Shown piece after piece: positions 4,140 through 13,492 of a stretch of 15,951 nucleotides of DNA. Below the pieces are notes generated by a model. The model saw only the letters and a program-made list of their open reading frames with translations, was not told the origin of the DNA and ran no database searches. This DNA is from Candidatus Aenigmatarchaeota archaeon. GTDB lineage: Archaea > Aenigmatarchaeota > Aenigmatarchaeia > CG10238-14 > SCSR01. Position 1 is the first letter of the stretch; each line of letters starts with the position of its first letter. The translations under genes were made by a program, and so were the position numbers. Where the stretch lies: positions 32,470 to 48,420 of the forward strand of contig JAWBTW010000004.1 of the NCBI GenBank assembly GCA_039000165.1. The letters are read 5' to 3'.

Positions 4140-6626
4140 CTAAGGTAAGAAGTCTTTTTTCTCTATTTTTTCTGGCAAATAGTTTTCTGTTATAAATTTC
4201 AGGCCTTTTCCTGATAAAGCTTCTAATTCAGCTTTTATCTTTCTTTCAATCATAAGTTTTAATTCCTTTTGCCAGGCTGGGTGTTTGAACCATTCATAAT
4301 TCAGCATTTCTTTTGCTCTTTTTATGTCAACCTCTTCTGCTTTTATAGTAAAATCTTTTAAGCCAAATTTATCTATATCACTTATCGTTAAACCTAAAAA
4401 TTTTGCGTTTGGTGTTCCTAATCTATCAGAAACATGAGCCAGACTCATCGAACCGTATTTTATAACTGAATAAATATACCATCCATAACTGTTATGGAAA
4501 ACTATACCATTTCCACCTATAAAAGAATTAGAAACTGGAACAGCAAGATCAAAAACATCACCTTCATATTCTACTTCCTCTATTTTCTTTATTTTAACTA
4601 GAGTTATCATGTTTTCAAAAGGTTTTAAATTTTCAAAATCTTCCTTAAACTTTTCAGGAATTCCGTACTCTCTTACAGAATCTATAAATCTATCTTGATT
4701 AATCAACCTAGCTTTAACTGAATAAGGTACACCAAAATTATTCATAAGATTTGTTAAAATTCCTTTTACGTTTCCTTCATTCGGTAAACCATAAATTGAA
4801 TCATTGGTATAACATAATTTTGAACTTGGAGAAATCCCAAGTTTTTCTTTTATTTCTTCGCTCATTCTTGTATAAGGTATTCTTACATAGTAACCTTTAG
4901 AGTAATAAATTGTTGGCATTACTCCGAAAGATAAAAGAAGAAGAGAAAGTTGTTTTGCTAGCATCTCACTTTTTGTGAAATAAACTATATTATTATACTT
5001 ATCTATATAGCCGTCTCCTTCTATTAGACCCTTAATAAATGCCATTTGAACCTCGAAAGGAGAATTAAAAATGAAAGGAAGAATTTGTTTTTCTGAGGCT
5101 CCTGATTTTAAGCCGAAATAAGAAAATATTTTAGAAAGAATGGAACTTCCTACCGAAACCCTTATCCCTGTTTTCTTCCTTCCTTCTAAAGACAAAGAAA
5201 AGTTAAGATTTAACTTTTCCTTTAAAATTCTTTCAATTTTTTTTATCTTTTCTTCTTCCTTAGAAGACAAACTAAAAATGACATACCTTGAATACAAAGA
5301 GCCTTCTGCAACCCACAACCCAAGTAACCAAGCCAAATCTTCGTCTATTTTTATTTTATTTACTATTTTTTGTTTTCCTTTCACATGTCTTACAAACTTA
5401 GCTTTTCTTACATTCTTTGCTTTGGAAAGGGTTTGTATTTTTCCGTCCTGATAGATCAGCTCTATTCTATTCCATTTATTTTTCGGCAAGATTTGCCTCA
5501 AAATCTCACTTACGTAAAAAACTTTTTCCTTTCCGTCAAACCTTGGAAAACTTTTAGAAACAACCAGATAATCTCCTTCTTTAAGTTCTGAAGCCCTAGC
5601 AACTACTATCTTACCATTCTTAAAACTAAAGAGAGAGTGGTGAGGCGTAACTTCTATGATTCCCCTTCCTCTTGTAAAAATTCTTAGTAATTTACCTTTA
5701 ATTTTATGACGATAAGCATATTCAACCTCTTTCCATTCAATTATACCATCACTTCTCATAGAAAGAGTTTCCCAAGGGACAAAAATTATCTCCTTACTTT
5801 TTTCTTTGTTTAAAAATTTTTCTAAAAGTTTACCTATTGGTGCAGCAAAAACTTCCTTAGTATTCTTATCTCTAACCACAACAACTTCAGAAGGAGGTAT
5901 AGAATCTGCATCAGTAAAAACATACACTGGAAGGTTAAACTCTGTAGCCAATCTTTGAATTAATCTTCTTGTCCCTCTTGCAGCCTGACCTTGAGTTGTG
6001 ACTAAAATACACTTGTGTTTTTTCCAAAACTTATCCTCATGCAACCTTTCAAAAGCTGCGTTCTTTTCTATAACAAGAATAAAATTGGCGTTAACTTTTT
6101 TAAATTCTAAATCTTCTACGTTGCTTGGGATAGCCCAACCCCCTGAACCAAGCTTTGACCAATCAATAGTATCTCCTCTATCTCTAATTATCACATCACC
6201 TACAACTCTTCCCCTTACGTCAGCGTTTAAATGTAGTTGCTCTCTTAAAACATCTAGCATAACTTCTAAATCAACAACTATAGGATCAGATTCATTTTGT
6301 TCGTTGAATGTGTTTTCCTGAGAGTTTGGTAAAGTTCTTTTCAAGGCATAAAACAAATCTCTTAGGCTTGTATGAAGGTTTTGGTCTAACAATTCCTTAC
6401 AAAAAGCAGCAACTAACATAGTTTGCATAAACTTCTTTGCATGTCCAGTGTGAAACAAAAATCTTTTTGCAGTTTTTTTTCCCAAGGTTAGCATTCCTGT
6501 TTTTTTATCGTAAATTATGTTAGAAAGCGAACGAATAGGAACTTCTATGTTTGGATTCTCTTTTTTCTCTATATCACTTAAAACCTTTTTTCCTAAATCT
6601 TCAAGTTTTTTCTTCGTTTCTTTCAT
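4140..6626 (-). CDS. top6A: DNA topoisomerase VI subunit A, intein-containing
   Basis: SLRDLFY (catalytic Tyr), VIEKNAAFERL, TDAD|SYGWYIY, KAELEAL. Exteins total about 357 aa. The ATG at 6626 is preceded by GAGGT (the track's start is TTG at 6632). Confidence 0.96.
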   Translation of the reverse strand: MKETKKKLEDLGKKVLSDIEKKENPNIEVPIRSLSNIIYDKKTGMLTLGKKTAKRFLFHTGHAKKFMQTMLVAAFCKELLDQNLHTSLRDLFYALKRTLPNSQENTFNEQNESDPIVVDLEVMLDVLREQLHLNADVRGRVVGDVIIRDRGDTIDWSKLGSGGWAIPSNVEDLEFKKVNANFILVIEKNAAFERLHEDKFWKKHKCILVTTQGQAARGTRRLIQRLATEFNLPVYVFTDADSIPPSEVVVVRDKNTKEVFAAPIGKLLEKFLNKEKSKEIIFVPWETLSMRSDGIIEWKEVEYAYRHKIKGKLLRIFTRGRGIIEVTPHHSLFSFKNGKIVVARASELKEGDYLVVSKSFPRFDGKEKVFYVSEILRQILPKNKWNRIELIYQDGKIQTLSKAKNVRKAKFVRHVKGKQKIVNKIKIDEDLAWLLGLWVAEGSLYSRYVIFSLSSKEEEKIKKIERILKEKLNLNFSLSLEGRKKTGIRVSVGSSILSKIFSYFGLKSGASEKQILPFIFNSPFEVQMAFIKGLIEGDGYIDKYNNIVYFTKSEMLAKQLSLLLLSFGVMPTIYYSKGYYVRIPYTRMSEEIKEKLGISPSSKLCYTNDSIYGLPNEGNVKGILTNLMNNFGVPYSVKARLINQDRFIDSVREYGIPEKFKEDFENLKPFENMITLVKIKKIEEVEYEGDVFDLAVPVSNSFIGGNGIVFHNSYGWYIYSVIKYGSMSLAHVSDRLGTPNAKFLGLTISDIDKFGLKDFTIKAEEVDIKRAKEMLNYEWFKHPAWQKELKLMIERKIKAELEALSGKGLKFITENYLPEKIEKKDFLP
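4491..5903 (-). mobile_element. Intein with LAGLIDADG homing endonuclease (471 aa) in top6A
   Basis: N-terminal SIPPSEVVVV, block B VTPHHSLF, endonuclease motifs LLGLWVAEGS and FIKGLIEGDG, block F VFDLAVP, C-terminal VFHN followed by Ser+1. Confidence 0.95.
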
Positions 6627-8268
6627 TTCCAACTACCTCTTTTAAAGTTGTCTGCTTTACCTTTTTAATTTTTTCCTCTTGCTTTTCTTTTTCAATTTCT
6701 TCTTCAGCTTTACTTTCCATTTCCTCTATCGTTAAATCAACTTTTTTCTTTATCATTTCTTCCAATTTCTTCAAAATAGTTTTGTAATCTTTATTTGTAA
6801 GTTTTGCCACTGCTCTCGCAACTTCTGGCACATACCTTTCGAATATTTGTCTTCTTAAAAGCCTTTCTCTTGCTTTTCTCTTTTGTCTTATATAGCTTGC
6901 AAGTTTTCTTCCTGCATCTTGTAAAGCAAGTTTTATTTCTTTAACAATTTCTGGATAGTTAGCTATTGCCTGCTTTCCTTCAGAAGTAAAAGGAACCCAA
7001 ACAGAAGCAAAATGAACAAGAATTGCTAAAGGTCCTACAGGTAAAGAGCCTGTTGATTGTTGTAAGCCATATCTTCTCCAATCAACTTCTGCTATTGCTT
7101 CTGTTATCGCACAATCTCCTTGATGGTAAAGTAAAGGAACCTTATTCGCAAACCTTAAAATTTTTGCAGTTTCATTTTCTTGTAACTTTCCTCCATAGGC
7201 TAAACCACATTCAACTAAAAATGGATAACCTCTATAAACTGTTGGTGGTCTAGAAACAGCAACATAATACTCAGCTTCTATTTCTTTTTTCAAACCTTCT
7301 TCTATCAACTTTTCTGTCAGCGGAGATAGGCAATTTGTTGGTGGAGACATAAGCTTAACCATTTGCATAGCTTTATGTAATCTTTCAGATTCTTCTGGAG
7401 TAAGGTCTTGTGGTTTTCTGTTGAACTCAATTTTTGCTAGCTTACAAATTTGCTCTGCAGAATTTTTCCCAACTCTACAAAATTCTGTTGTTAAGAAGTT
7501 AAGCATGTTCTTTGCTTTTGTACCCTTAAGCATTCTTCTCAAAATTCCAAGCTCAACACCATAAGGATGAGGTTTAATTTCCTTAGGTTGAACAGGTATT
7601 TCATTTGTTGCTCTTTTAAATTCTACTTTTCCGTTAGGACCATCAAAAATTATTGTAGCATAAGGATTGGCTATTGCTGTTTGTTTTATGTATTCTAAAA
7701 CAGAAGGTGGTTTTTCTGTATACCTTCCTTCTATTTCCATCTCTATTCTTACACCATGCCATTTTTGTGGATTTTTTTCTTTCTTGAAAGAAATTATGTG
7801 AGGCTCATTTTTTGCAACGTCTATCATAAGTTCAAAAATTGTAATATCTTTGCCTGTACTTGTAATAATTTTTGTTGGTTTGCCTGTAGTTAATTGAGAA
7901 TATAGAATTGCACCATGGATGCCTAAACCTTGAACTCCTCGACTTTGTCTAAGCCTATGGAATTTACTTCCATACAAAAACTTACCAAACGCATAAGGTA
8001 CTTTTGATTCAACTACCCCTGGACCATTATCTTCAACTATAACTTTAAACCTATCGATACCAACTTGCTTAACTGAAACATAAATTTCTGGTAAAATGTT
8101 TGCTTCATTGGTGGCATCTAACGCGTTATCTAAAGCTTCTTTCACTACTGTAATCAAACTTTTTGTTGGATTTTCATAACCTAGCAAATGCCTATTTTTC
8201 TCGAAAAATTCTGCTACACTAACTTCTCTCATTTCCTTTGCCATTTTTTCAGCAATACTCTCTTCCAT
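6601..8268 (-). CDS. top6B: DNA topoisomerase VI subunit B
   Basis: SVAEFFEKN, GHKL motifs KEALDNALDA, VEDNGPG and QSRGVQGLG, plus IKPHPYG, RFANKVPLLY and VPFTSEGK. Confidence 0.97.
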   Translation of the reverse strand: MEESIAEKMAKEMREVSVAEFFEKNRHLLGYENPTKSLITVVKEALDNALDATNEANILPEIYVSVKQVGIDRFKVIVEDNGPGVVESKVPYAFGKFLYGSKFHRLRQSRGVQGLGIHGAILYSQLTTGKPTKIITSTGKDITIFELMIDVAKNEPHIISFKKEKNPQKWHGVRIEMEIEGRYTEKPPSVLEYIKQTAIANPYATIIFDGPNGKVEFKRATNEIPVQPKEIKPHPYGVELGILRRMLKGTKAKNMLNFLTTEFCRVGKNSAEQICKLAKIEFNRKPQDLTPEESERLHKAMQMVKLMSPPTNCLSPLTEKLIEEGLKKEIEAEYYVAVSRPPTVYRGYPFLVECGLAYGGKLQENETAKILRFANKVPLLYHQGDCAITEAIAEVDWRRYGLQQSTGSLPVGPLAILVHFASVWVPFTSEGKQAIANYPEIVKEIKLALQDAGRKLASYIRQKRKARERLLRRQIFERYVPEVARAVAKLTNKDYKTILKKLEEMIKKKVDLTIEEMESKAEEEIEKEKQEEKIKKVKQTTLKEVVGNERNEEKT

Positions 8269-8272
8269 TTTA

Positions 8273-8767
8273 TCATGCCCTTTGTTTTTCTAGAAACCTA
8301 TAAACTGAGGAATGTAAGCTTCCTGATAAAAGCATTTCTATTGCTTTTTTTGCAATCATTATTTTGTCCCACTTTCCTATTATACTTATTGTTTTTCCGT
8401 AAATTGAAATTTTAACATCAGCATACTTTTCAATTAACTTTTTGGTTTTTCCTTCTGTTCCTATAACCCTTCCTCTTAAGGTTATCATTCTATTTCTAGA
8501 CTTTTTTGAATAATCTTTTATGTCAATTATCTCAAGATAGTAATCTTCGTCTAAAAGGTTTAGAGCAACGTTGAAATCAAAACCTCTTCCAAAAGCTTTC
8601 AAAACTTCCTTTATTCTCATAAGCCTTAGAGGATCCTCGCACTCTATCGAAATTTCTTCGTTTATTTCAATTTTTGAATCAGTAAATTTTTCAAGTTGTT
8701 CTATAAGCTTCTTGTTTTTTCTCAAAACTTTTAACCTTTCTTCTGGAATTGCTATGTAATCTATCAT
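8273..8767 (-). CDS. KH-domain RNA-processing protein (Pno1/Dim2-like)
   Basis: KAFGRGF, RGRVIGTEGKTK, AIEMLLSGSLHSSVY. Conserved position between RIO1 and top6B. Confidence 0.92.
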   Translation of the reverse strand: MIDYIAIPEERLKVLRKNKKLIEQLEKFTDSKIEINEEISIECEDPLRLMRIKEVLKAFGRGFDFNVALNLLDEDYYLEIIDIKDYSKKSRNRMITLRGRVIGTEGKTKKLIEKYADVKISIYGKTISIIGKWDKIMIAKKAIEMLLSGSLHSSVYRFLEKQRA

Positions 8768-9498
8768 TTCTCCATCAACTCCAAAAGCTCTCCAAAAATT
8801 TTTTGCTCATCTTTCACTTTAACTCCAACCTTTTTGAAGTATGAATTAATATTTTTTATATCTCTAAGTAAAAATTCTTTTGCTAAAGGGTGAGAATGAG
8901 GCACAGCCTGACTAAAATCTATTAGGTAAGGCTTTTCAAAGATTAGGATATTGTAAGGACTTATGTCTGAATGAATCAAGCCTGAGCTAACAATTTTTCT
9001 TAATTCTTCAAGAAGAAGGTTGTAAATATAATCTGCATCCTCAAGCTCAAGTTGAGTATCGATCAACCTTGGTGCTAGGTTTCCATTTTCTCCTATAAAC
9101 TCTAAAACCAAAACATTTTCCTCTAGAGCAATAGGCTTAGGGCAGCTTACTTGAGCTTCGTAAGCTATTTTTAAATTCTTAAACTCTCTCTTTGCCCAAT
9201 TAAGAACAACAGCTCTTCTACTTTTTTTAACGTTAAAAAATCTTGGGTCGCCAACCAAATACTTCCACATGCTTTTAAAATCGCAATACTCGTAGCGATA
9301 AACTTTAAGAGCAAGCCAATTGTTATTCTTATCTTTTGCTGATAGCACTACAGACTCCTTACCTTCCTTGGCTATACTTTCAACAGTTTTAACTATTCCT
9401 TTGTTCAAAAGTCTGTACAAAGCCATTAAAGTTCTTTCGTCAAAAATTTTTCTTTCTATCTTGAATTCTTTCACATCTTCAAGTCTTATCTTTGGCAT
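8764..9498 (-). CDS. rio1: RIO1-family serine/threonine kinase
   Basis: GKESVV, ALKVYR, YLVGDPRF, WAKREFKNL, IHSDISPYNIL and IDFSQAV motifs. Confidence 0.95.
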   Translation of the reverse strand: MPKIRLEDVKEFKIERKIFDERTLMALYRLLNKGIVKTVESIAKEGKESVVLSAKDKNNNWLALKVYRYEYCDFKSMWKYLVGDPRFFNVKKSRRAVVLNWAKREFKNLKIAYEAQVSCPKPIALEENVLVLEFIGENGNLAPRLIDTQLELEDADYIYNLLLEELRKIVSSGLIHSDISPYNILIFEKPYLIDFSQAVPHSHPLAKEFLLRDIKNINSYFKKVGVKVKDEQKIFGELLELMEK

Positions 9499-9539
9499 AT
9501 CATCACTAATTAGGTTTAGAAAAAATAAAAATTAGGAAA

Positions 9540-9866
9540 TTATTCAATAGAAATACTCTTAACAAAACCTTTTCTTTTAAGCCAGTTCGCTTGAGTAGGG
9601 GTATACCTAAAAATTATATCCCCTCTTTCATTGCTTTGAACATTCCAAGGCTGGATTAAAATTAAATCTCCAACTTTTATCCAAACTCTTTTTCTTAGCC
9701 TACCGGGAATTCTGCATATCCTTACATTACCGTCATCACACTTTGCTCTCACTTTATCAGCCCCCAACATCATCTCAACAACTCCTAAAACTTCACCTTC
9801 TCTTGGGATTCTTATTCTTGCTACCTCTAGCTCCTCTGGCGTAGGCTGATACTTTTTCTTACCCAT
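9540..9866 (-). CDS. eif1a: Translation initiation factor aIF-1A
   Basis: GVVEMMLG, CDDGNVRICRIPGRLRKRVWIKVGD, RGDIIFRY motifs. Confidence 0.96.
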   Translation of the reverse strand: MGKKKYQPTPEELEVARIRIPREGEVLGVVEMMLGADKVRAKCDDGNVRICRIPGRLRKRVWIKVGDLILIQPWNVQSNERGDIIFRYTPTQANWLKRKGFVKSISIE

Positions 9867-10544
9867 TCAATCACTTAATGAAATTAGTATCGTATCTCTA
9901 TAAACCTTTTTTCCTTTAATTCTTCCTGCAAATTTTCTAGAAATTTTAATTTTCGCTTTATATTTTCTCTTAATGTTTTGAGCTACTTGATGAGCAACTT
10001 TTTTTGAACCTATGAAAATATCAAAACCTCTTTTCTGTTTTTCTGTTTTTGAAATAAAAGAAAGGTTATCATAACTTCTAAAAAAATCGACAAGATTTTC
10101 TATATCTTTGGAAATATTTTCTAAAAGATTTTCAGGAGCTCTAACTTGCAAAATTGCTTGATAATAGCCTAAGGATTTTAAAGAGCAAGAATTGCAAGTA
10201 ATGTTTTTTACAATTAGCTGAGATTCTTTTTCTTCTGCTTTTTCTAAATTTTCAACTTTGAAGTTTAAAGTTATGCTAACTTTATTGTTGTAAATTCTGT
10301 AATTAATTGATTGAATTTTATTTTCTTCTAAAATTCTAGCAAGCATTTCACCTACAGCCTCTTCTAAATTTTCAAAAGCTTTTTCATCGTAGAAAAATTT
10401 TTCACAAGACTTACATTTTCTAATTATAATTTTTTCTGGAATCTTTTCAAGAAAAGAGATTTTTTCTAGAAAACAATCTCTACACAAACTCCCATAAAAC
10501 TTTTCTGTTTCTTTTCCACACTTAGGGCAAAATCTTTTTACCAT
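9867..10544 (-). CDS. NMD3-family protein
   Basis: FCPKCG..LCRDC..CKSC..TCNSC Cys pairs followed by GYYQAILQVR and GFDIFIGS. Confidence 0.88.
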   Translation of the reverse strand: MVKRFCPKCGKETEKFYGSLCRDCFLEKISFLEKIPEKIIIRKCKSCEKFFYDEKAFENLEEAVGEMLARILEENKIQSINYRIYNNKVSITLNFKVENLEKAEEKESQLIVKNITCNSCSLKSLGYYQAILQVRAPENLLENISKDIENLVDFFRSYDNLSFISKTEKQKRGFDIFIGSKKVAHQVAQNIKRKYKAKIKISRKFAGRIKGKKVYRDTILISLSD

Positions 10545-10553
10545 AATTAAAAC

Positions 10554-11462
10554 TTATTTTTTACTTAAAAGAACTACTCTACTTGGCAAATCCTCATCTT
10601 TTATTTCATAGCCTGTGTGGAAAGAAAGCTCTTTTGCAAAATCCTTTATATCTTCCATAAAGGGCATAGCTTCTTTTGGTAATCTTTTTTGACTTTCACC
10701 AACCCACATGTATGCTTTAACTTCGAGAAAATTTGGTTCTGCTTTCAAAATTAATTTTGCATACTTTTCCGGTTCTTTTAAATTGAGGTTTTTAACTAAA
10801 GTTAACCTAATAACTTTTCTACAACTAAAACTTTTCATCAATTCCAAGCTTTCGTTTAACCTTTTCCAGCCATCAGGAATTAAAGGATTGTGAACTTCAA
10901 GATATGTTTTTTCATCAGGAGAGCATAAACTAATATAAAGTTGAGTTGGTTCCTCCTCAAGAGAAGAAAGTCTTTCTGGCCTAGTTCCGTTAGTTACCAG
11001 AAAAGTCGTCATTTTTCTTTTGTGAAATTCTTCTATAAGTTCAGAAATTCTTGGGTAAAGTGTTGGTTCGCCTGCTAAGCTTATGGCTGCATGAGTTGGT
11101 TCATTAGCTTCTTCCCACCTCTTTTTATCAACTTTTTCAAAACCTTTGAAACCTGTTAACAATAATCTTCTTGCTTCTATACATCCGTCTACAATTTCTT
11201 TTGGATCGTCAGGCTTTGGTTCGCCTAAAACAGTAAATTCAAGGGGACGCCAACAGAATTTGCATTTGTGAGTGCACCAAATTAAAGCTGGTGTCATTTC
11301 TAGACAACGATGAGACTTGATTCCATAAAACTTTTCCTTATAGCAAACCCTTCCTCTTCTCAAACTTTCTTTTGTCCAGTGACAAACCTCAACTGCTGAA
11401 TGATTCCCAACTATTCTATAGCCTGCTTTGAAAAATCTTTCTTTTGCTTCTTCTGAAATCAT
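10554..11462 (-). CDS. taw1: 4-demethylwyosine synthase (radical SAM, tRNA-Phe G37 modification)
   Basis: HSAVEVCHWT, CYKEKFYGIKSHRCLEMTP, CTHKCKFCWR (CxxxCxxC), AISLAGEPTLYP. The true start is ATG 11462. The longer track ORF runs antisense through tRNA-Thr. Confidence 0.95.
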   Translation of the reverse strand: MISEEAKERFFKAGYRIVGNHSAVEVCHWTKESLRRGRVCYKEKFYGIKSHRCLEMTPALIWCTHKCKFCWRPLEFTVLGEPKPDDPKEIVDGCIEARRLLLTGFKGFEKVDKKRWEEANEPTHAAISLAGEPTLYPRISELIEEFHKRKMTTFLVTNGTRPERLSSLEEEPTQLYISLCSPDEKTYLEVHNPLIPDGWKRLNESLELMKSFSCRKVIRLTLVKNLNLKEPEKYAKLILKAEPNFLEVKAYMWVGESQKRLPKEAMPFMEDIKDFAKELSFHTGYEIKDEDLPSRVVLLSKK

Positions 11463-11480
11463 AATCTCACAACTATAAAG

Positions 11481-11505
11481 TTTAAAAAGTAAAAATTTAT
11501 ATAAA
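11481..11505. promoter_or_regulatory. Candidate divergent TATA boxes for tRNA-Thr and taw1
   Basis: TTTAAAAA at 11481-11488 (+ strand, suits tRNA-Thr) and TTTATATAAA at 11496-11505 (self-complementary, spacing suits taw1) in a 56-nt divergent spacer. The AT-rich background limits certainty. Confidence 0.45.
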
Positions 11506-11518
11506 GAGTTTAGTTTAA

Positions 11519-11591
11519 GCCCCGGTAGCTCAGCTGGTAGAGCATCTGACTTGTAATCAGAGGGTCGGGGGTTCAAATCCCCCCCGGGGCT
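11519..11591 (+). tRNA. tRNA-Thr(TGT), intron-less
   Basis: GCCCCGG TA GCTC AGCTGGTA GAGC A TCTGA CT TGT AA TCAGA GGGTC GGGGG TTCAAAT CCCCC CCGGGGC T. Confidence 0.98.
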
Positions 11592-11628
11592 TGAAATACT
11601 TAAGTTCTTAATTTTCCAGAATAAGAAT

Positions 11629-12453
11629 ATGGAGTTAGTCGGTCTAAAAATTGGCGGTTCTATAGCTACTTACAAAAATGTTGAGAGCTTTCCTTTAAAC
11701 TATGAAGAAATTAAAGAAAAAGCTTTGAATTACATAAGAGAAGAAAATTTAAGGAGAATTGGAGAGGAAGAAATTCGTCCAGTTTTAGATAAAATTTCAC
11801 TTTTTATTGGCCTAGGAGTAGGACCTTTTGGTCATTATTTGGTTGAAAACTGGAAAAAATTGGAAGATAAAGAAGTAGTTCATAAATCTGTTTCTTACTA
11901 TTGTAAAATTTCTACGAAAATTTTGAAAGAAGTAGGTTTGCCTGTAAGCTATGAAGAAAAATTTTCACCAAGAAGAACTTGCTATTATGAAAATGGAAGA
12001 TTGAATGTAGAGAAATTGGAAGATTGGGTTTCTGGAGAAATTGAAAAAGGAAGAATACCAGTTTTCCATGGGGATATGATTCCTTGCAAAGGAAGAAAAG
12101 GTTTTGATGGTTTAGATGTTTTATCTGCTGATCGAGCTCTACCAAAAATTGCTATAGAACTAAAAGCAAGAAGAATTGTTGCTGCAACTTGTGAGGATGG
12201 CTTATACACAGAAGATCCAAGAAAAAATCCTCAAGCTAAATTCATTCCTTTGATAAGAGTGAACGAAGAAATTGAATTGAAAAGAGATAAAGGAAAAGGA
12301 GATGTAACAGGAAGGATGCCTCAAAAACTTGAAGAATTAAAAAAAGCTGCAAAGTTTGGAATAGAAGCAAGGATTGTTAATGGTCTGGTAAAAGGAAGGA
12401 TAAGAAAAGCGTTGATTGGAGAAAATTGTAAGTGTACCTTAATACTTCCCTAG
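11629..12453 (+). CDS. Amino-acid-kinase-fold protein, isopentenyl phosphate kinase-like
   Basis: LKIGGSIATYK, GVGPFGH (compare IPK GxGSFGH), PVFHGD, LSAD, DVTGRMPQK. Neighbours are isoprenoid genes. Confidence 0.78.
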   Translation: MELVGLKIGGSIATYKNVESFPLNYEEIKEKALNYIREENLRRIGEEEIRPVLDKISLFIGLGVGPFGHYLVENWKKLEDKEVVHKSVSYYCKISTKILKEVGLPVSYEEKFSPRRTCYYENGRLNVEKLEDWVSGEIEKGRIPVFHGDMIPCKGRKGFDGLDVLSADRALPKIAIELKARRIVAATCEDGLYTEDPRKNPQAKFIPLIRVNEEIELKRDKGKGDVTGRMPQKLEELKKAAKFGIEARIVNGLVKGRIRKALIGENCKCTLILP

Positions 12454-13479
12454 TAAATCCATGTTTAAAAAATAAGCAAGTTTGTAAAGTTTAAGGTTGA
12501 GAAAAATTTCAAAAAGGATTTTGTTTCCTGAAAAACGAGAAAAAATTTTTTTCAAAATCAAACCTTTTCTTATAGGCCAAGCTAATTCTTTCTTCCATTT
12601 TTTCTCGTAATTTTCTAAGAAAAAGCTTTCAGAAAAATCATTTTCTTCCAAAGCTTTTACGCAAGCTTTTGCTGCATACTCTGCTCCAATCTTTCCATAA
12701 ACTAAACCGCCAGCTGAAAAAGGTTTAATTTGACAAGCAGCATCTCCAACCAGCAAAGCATTATTTGTTACAGACTTTTTAATAAGACCAATCCTTATAA
12801 TATCTCCTAACTTATTTACTTTTTTTGTCTTGCCTATTCTTTCTTTCAAGAATTCTTCAAAACAAAGAACTGGATTTTCCTTTGTGATTAAACCAACTCT
12901 TGCAACTTTTTCACTTTCTGGAACAACCCAAGCAAAAAAATCTTTAGAAAACCTTTTATCAAACCAAAGCTCTACACAATCTTTTTCAAACTCAGAAAAA
13001 GCATTAACCTGTAAAGCGTAGAATAAATTTTTTGGTAATTCTAAACCCAAAGCTTTTGCAACACTAGAATTTGGGCCATCAGCCCCTATTAAAATTTTTG
13101 TTTGATAGTTTCCTTGAGTAGTTATTACCTTAGAATTTTTGAAATCTAAAAATTTTGTGTTGAGTTTGAATTTTGCTCCAGCTTCCTTTGCTTTCTCTGC
13201 TCTAAACTTGTCATATTTTTCCCTATCTATAACAAAAACTTTTTCTCTTGACTTGATCTCAAAACTTTTTTTAAAACAAAAGAACTTAGCTCTTTTTATT
13301 TTATTCAAGATTATTTCTTCAGGAATTTTTCCTATTCTTTCGCTTACTAAGCCTGTACACTGAACAGGTTTTCCAATTTCCTTATGCTCTTCTATTACCA
13401 AAACATCATAACCTTCTTTTGCTATAAGCTCGCTAGCTATGCAACCAGAAGGACCTGCTCCAACTATAACAACATCCAT
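12439..13479 (-). CDS. Geranylgeranyl reductase family flavoprotein (DGGGPL reductase-like)
   Basis: IVGAGPSG, IGKPVQCTG, IGADGPNS, FAWVVP, LVGDAACQIKPFSAGGL motifs. Confidence 0.9.
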   Translation of the reverse strand: MDVVIVGAGPSGCIASELIAKEGYDVLVIEEHKEIGKPVQCTGLVSERIGKIPEEIILNKIKRAKFFCFKKSFEIKSREKVFVIDREKYDKFRAEKAKEAGAKFKLNTKFLDFKNSKVITTQGNYQTKILIGADGPNSSVAKALGLELPKNLFYALQVNAFSEFEKDCVELWFDKRFSKDFFAWVVPESEKVARVGLITKENPVLCFEEFLKERIGKTKKVNKLGDIIRIGLIKKSVTNNALLVGDAACQIKPFSAGGLVYGKIGAEYAAKACVKALEENDFSESFFLENYEKKWKKELAWPIRKGLILKKIFSRFSGNKILFEIFLNLKLYKLAYFLNMDLLGKY

Positions 13480-13492
13480 TTAACCACAAGAA

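Noticed and set aside
11463..11576. N-terminal 38-aa extension of Taw1 in the ORF track
   Set aside because: It is the antisense reading of tRNA-Thr and its promoter. Homology begins at ATG 11462.
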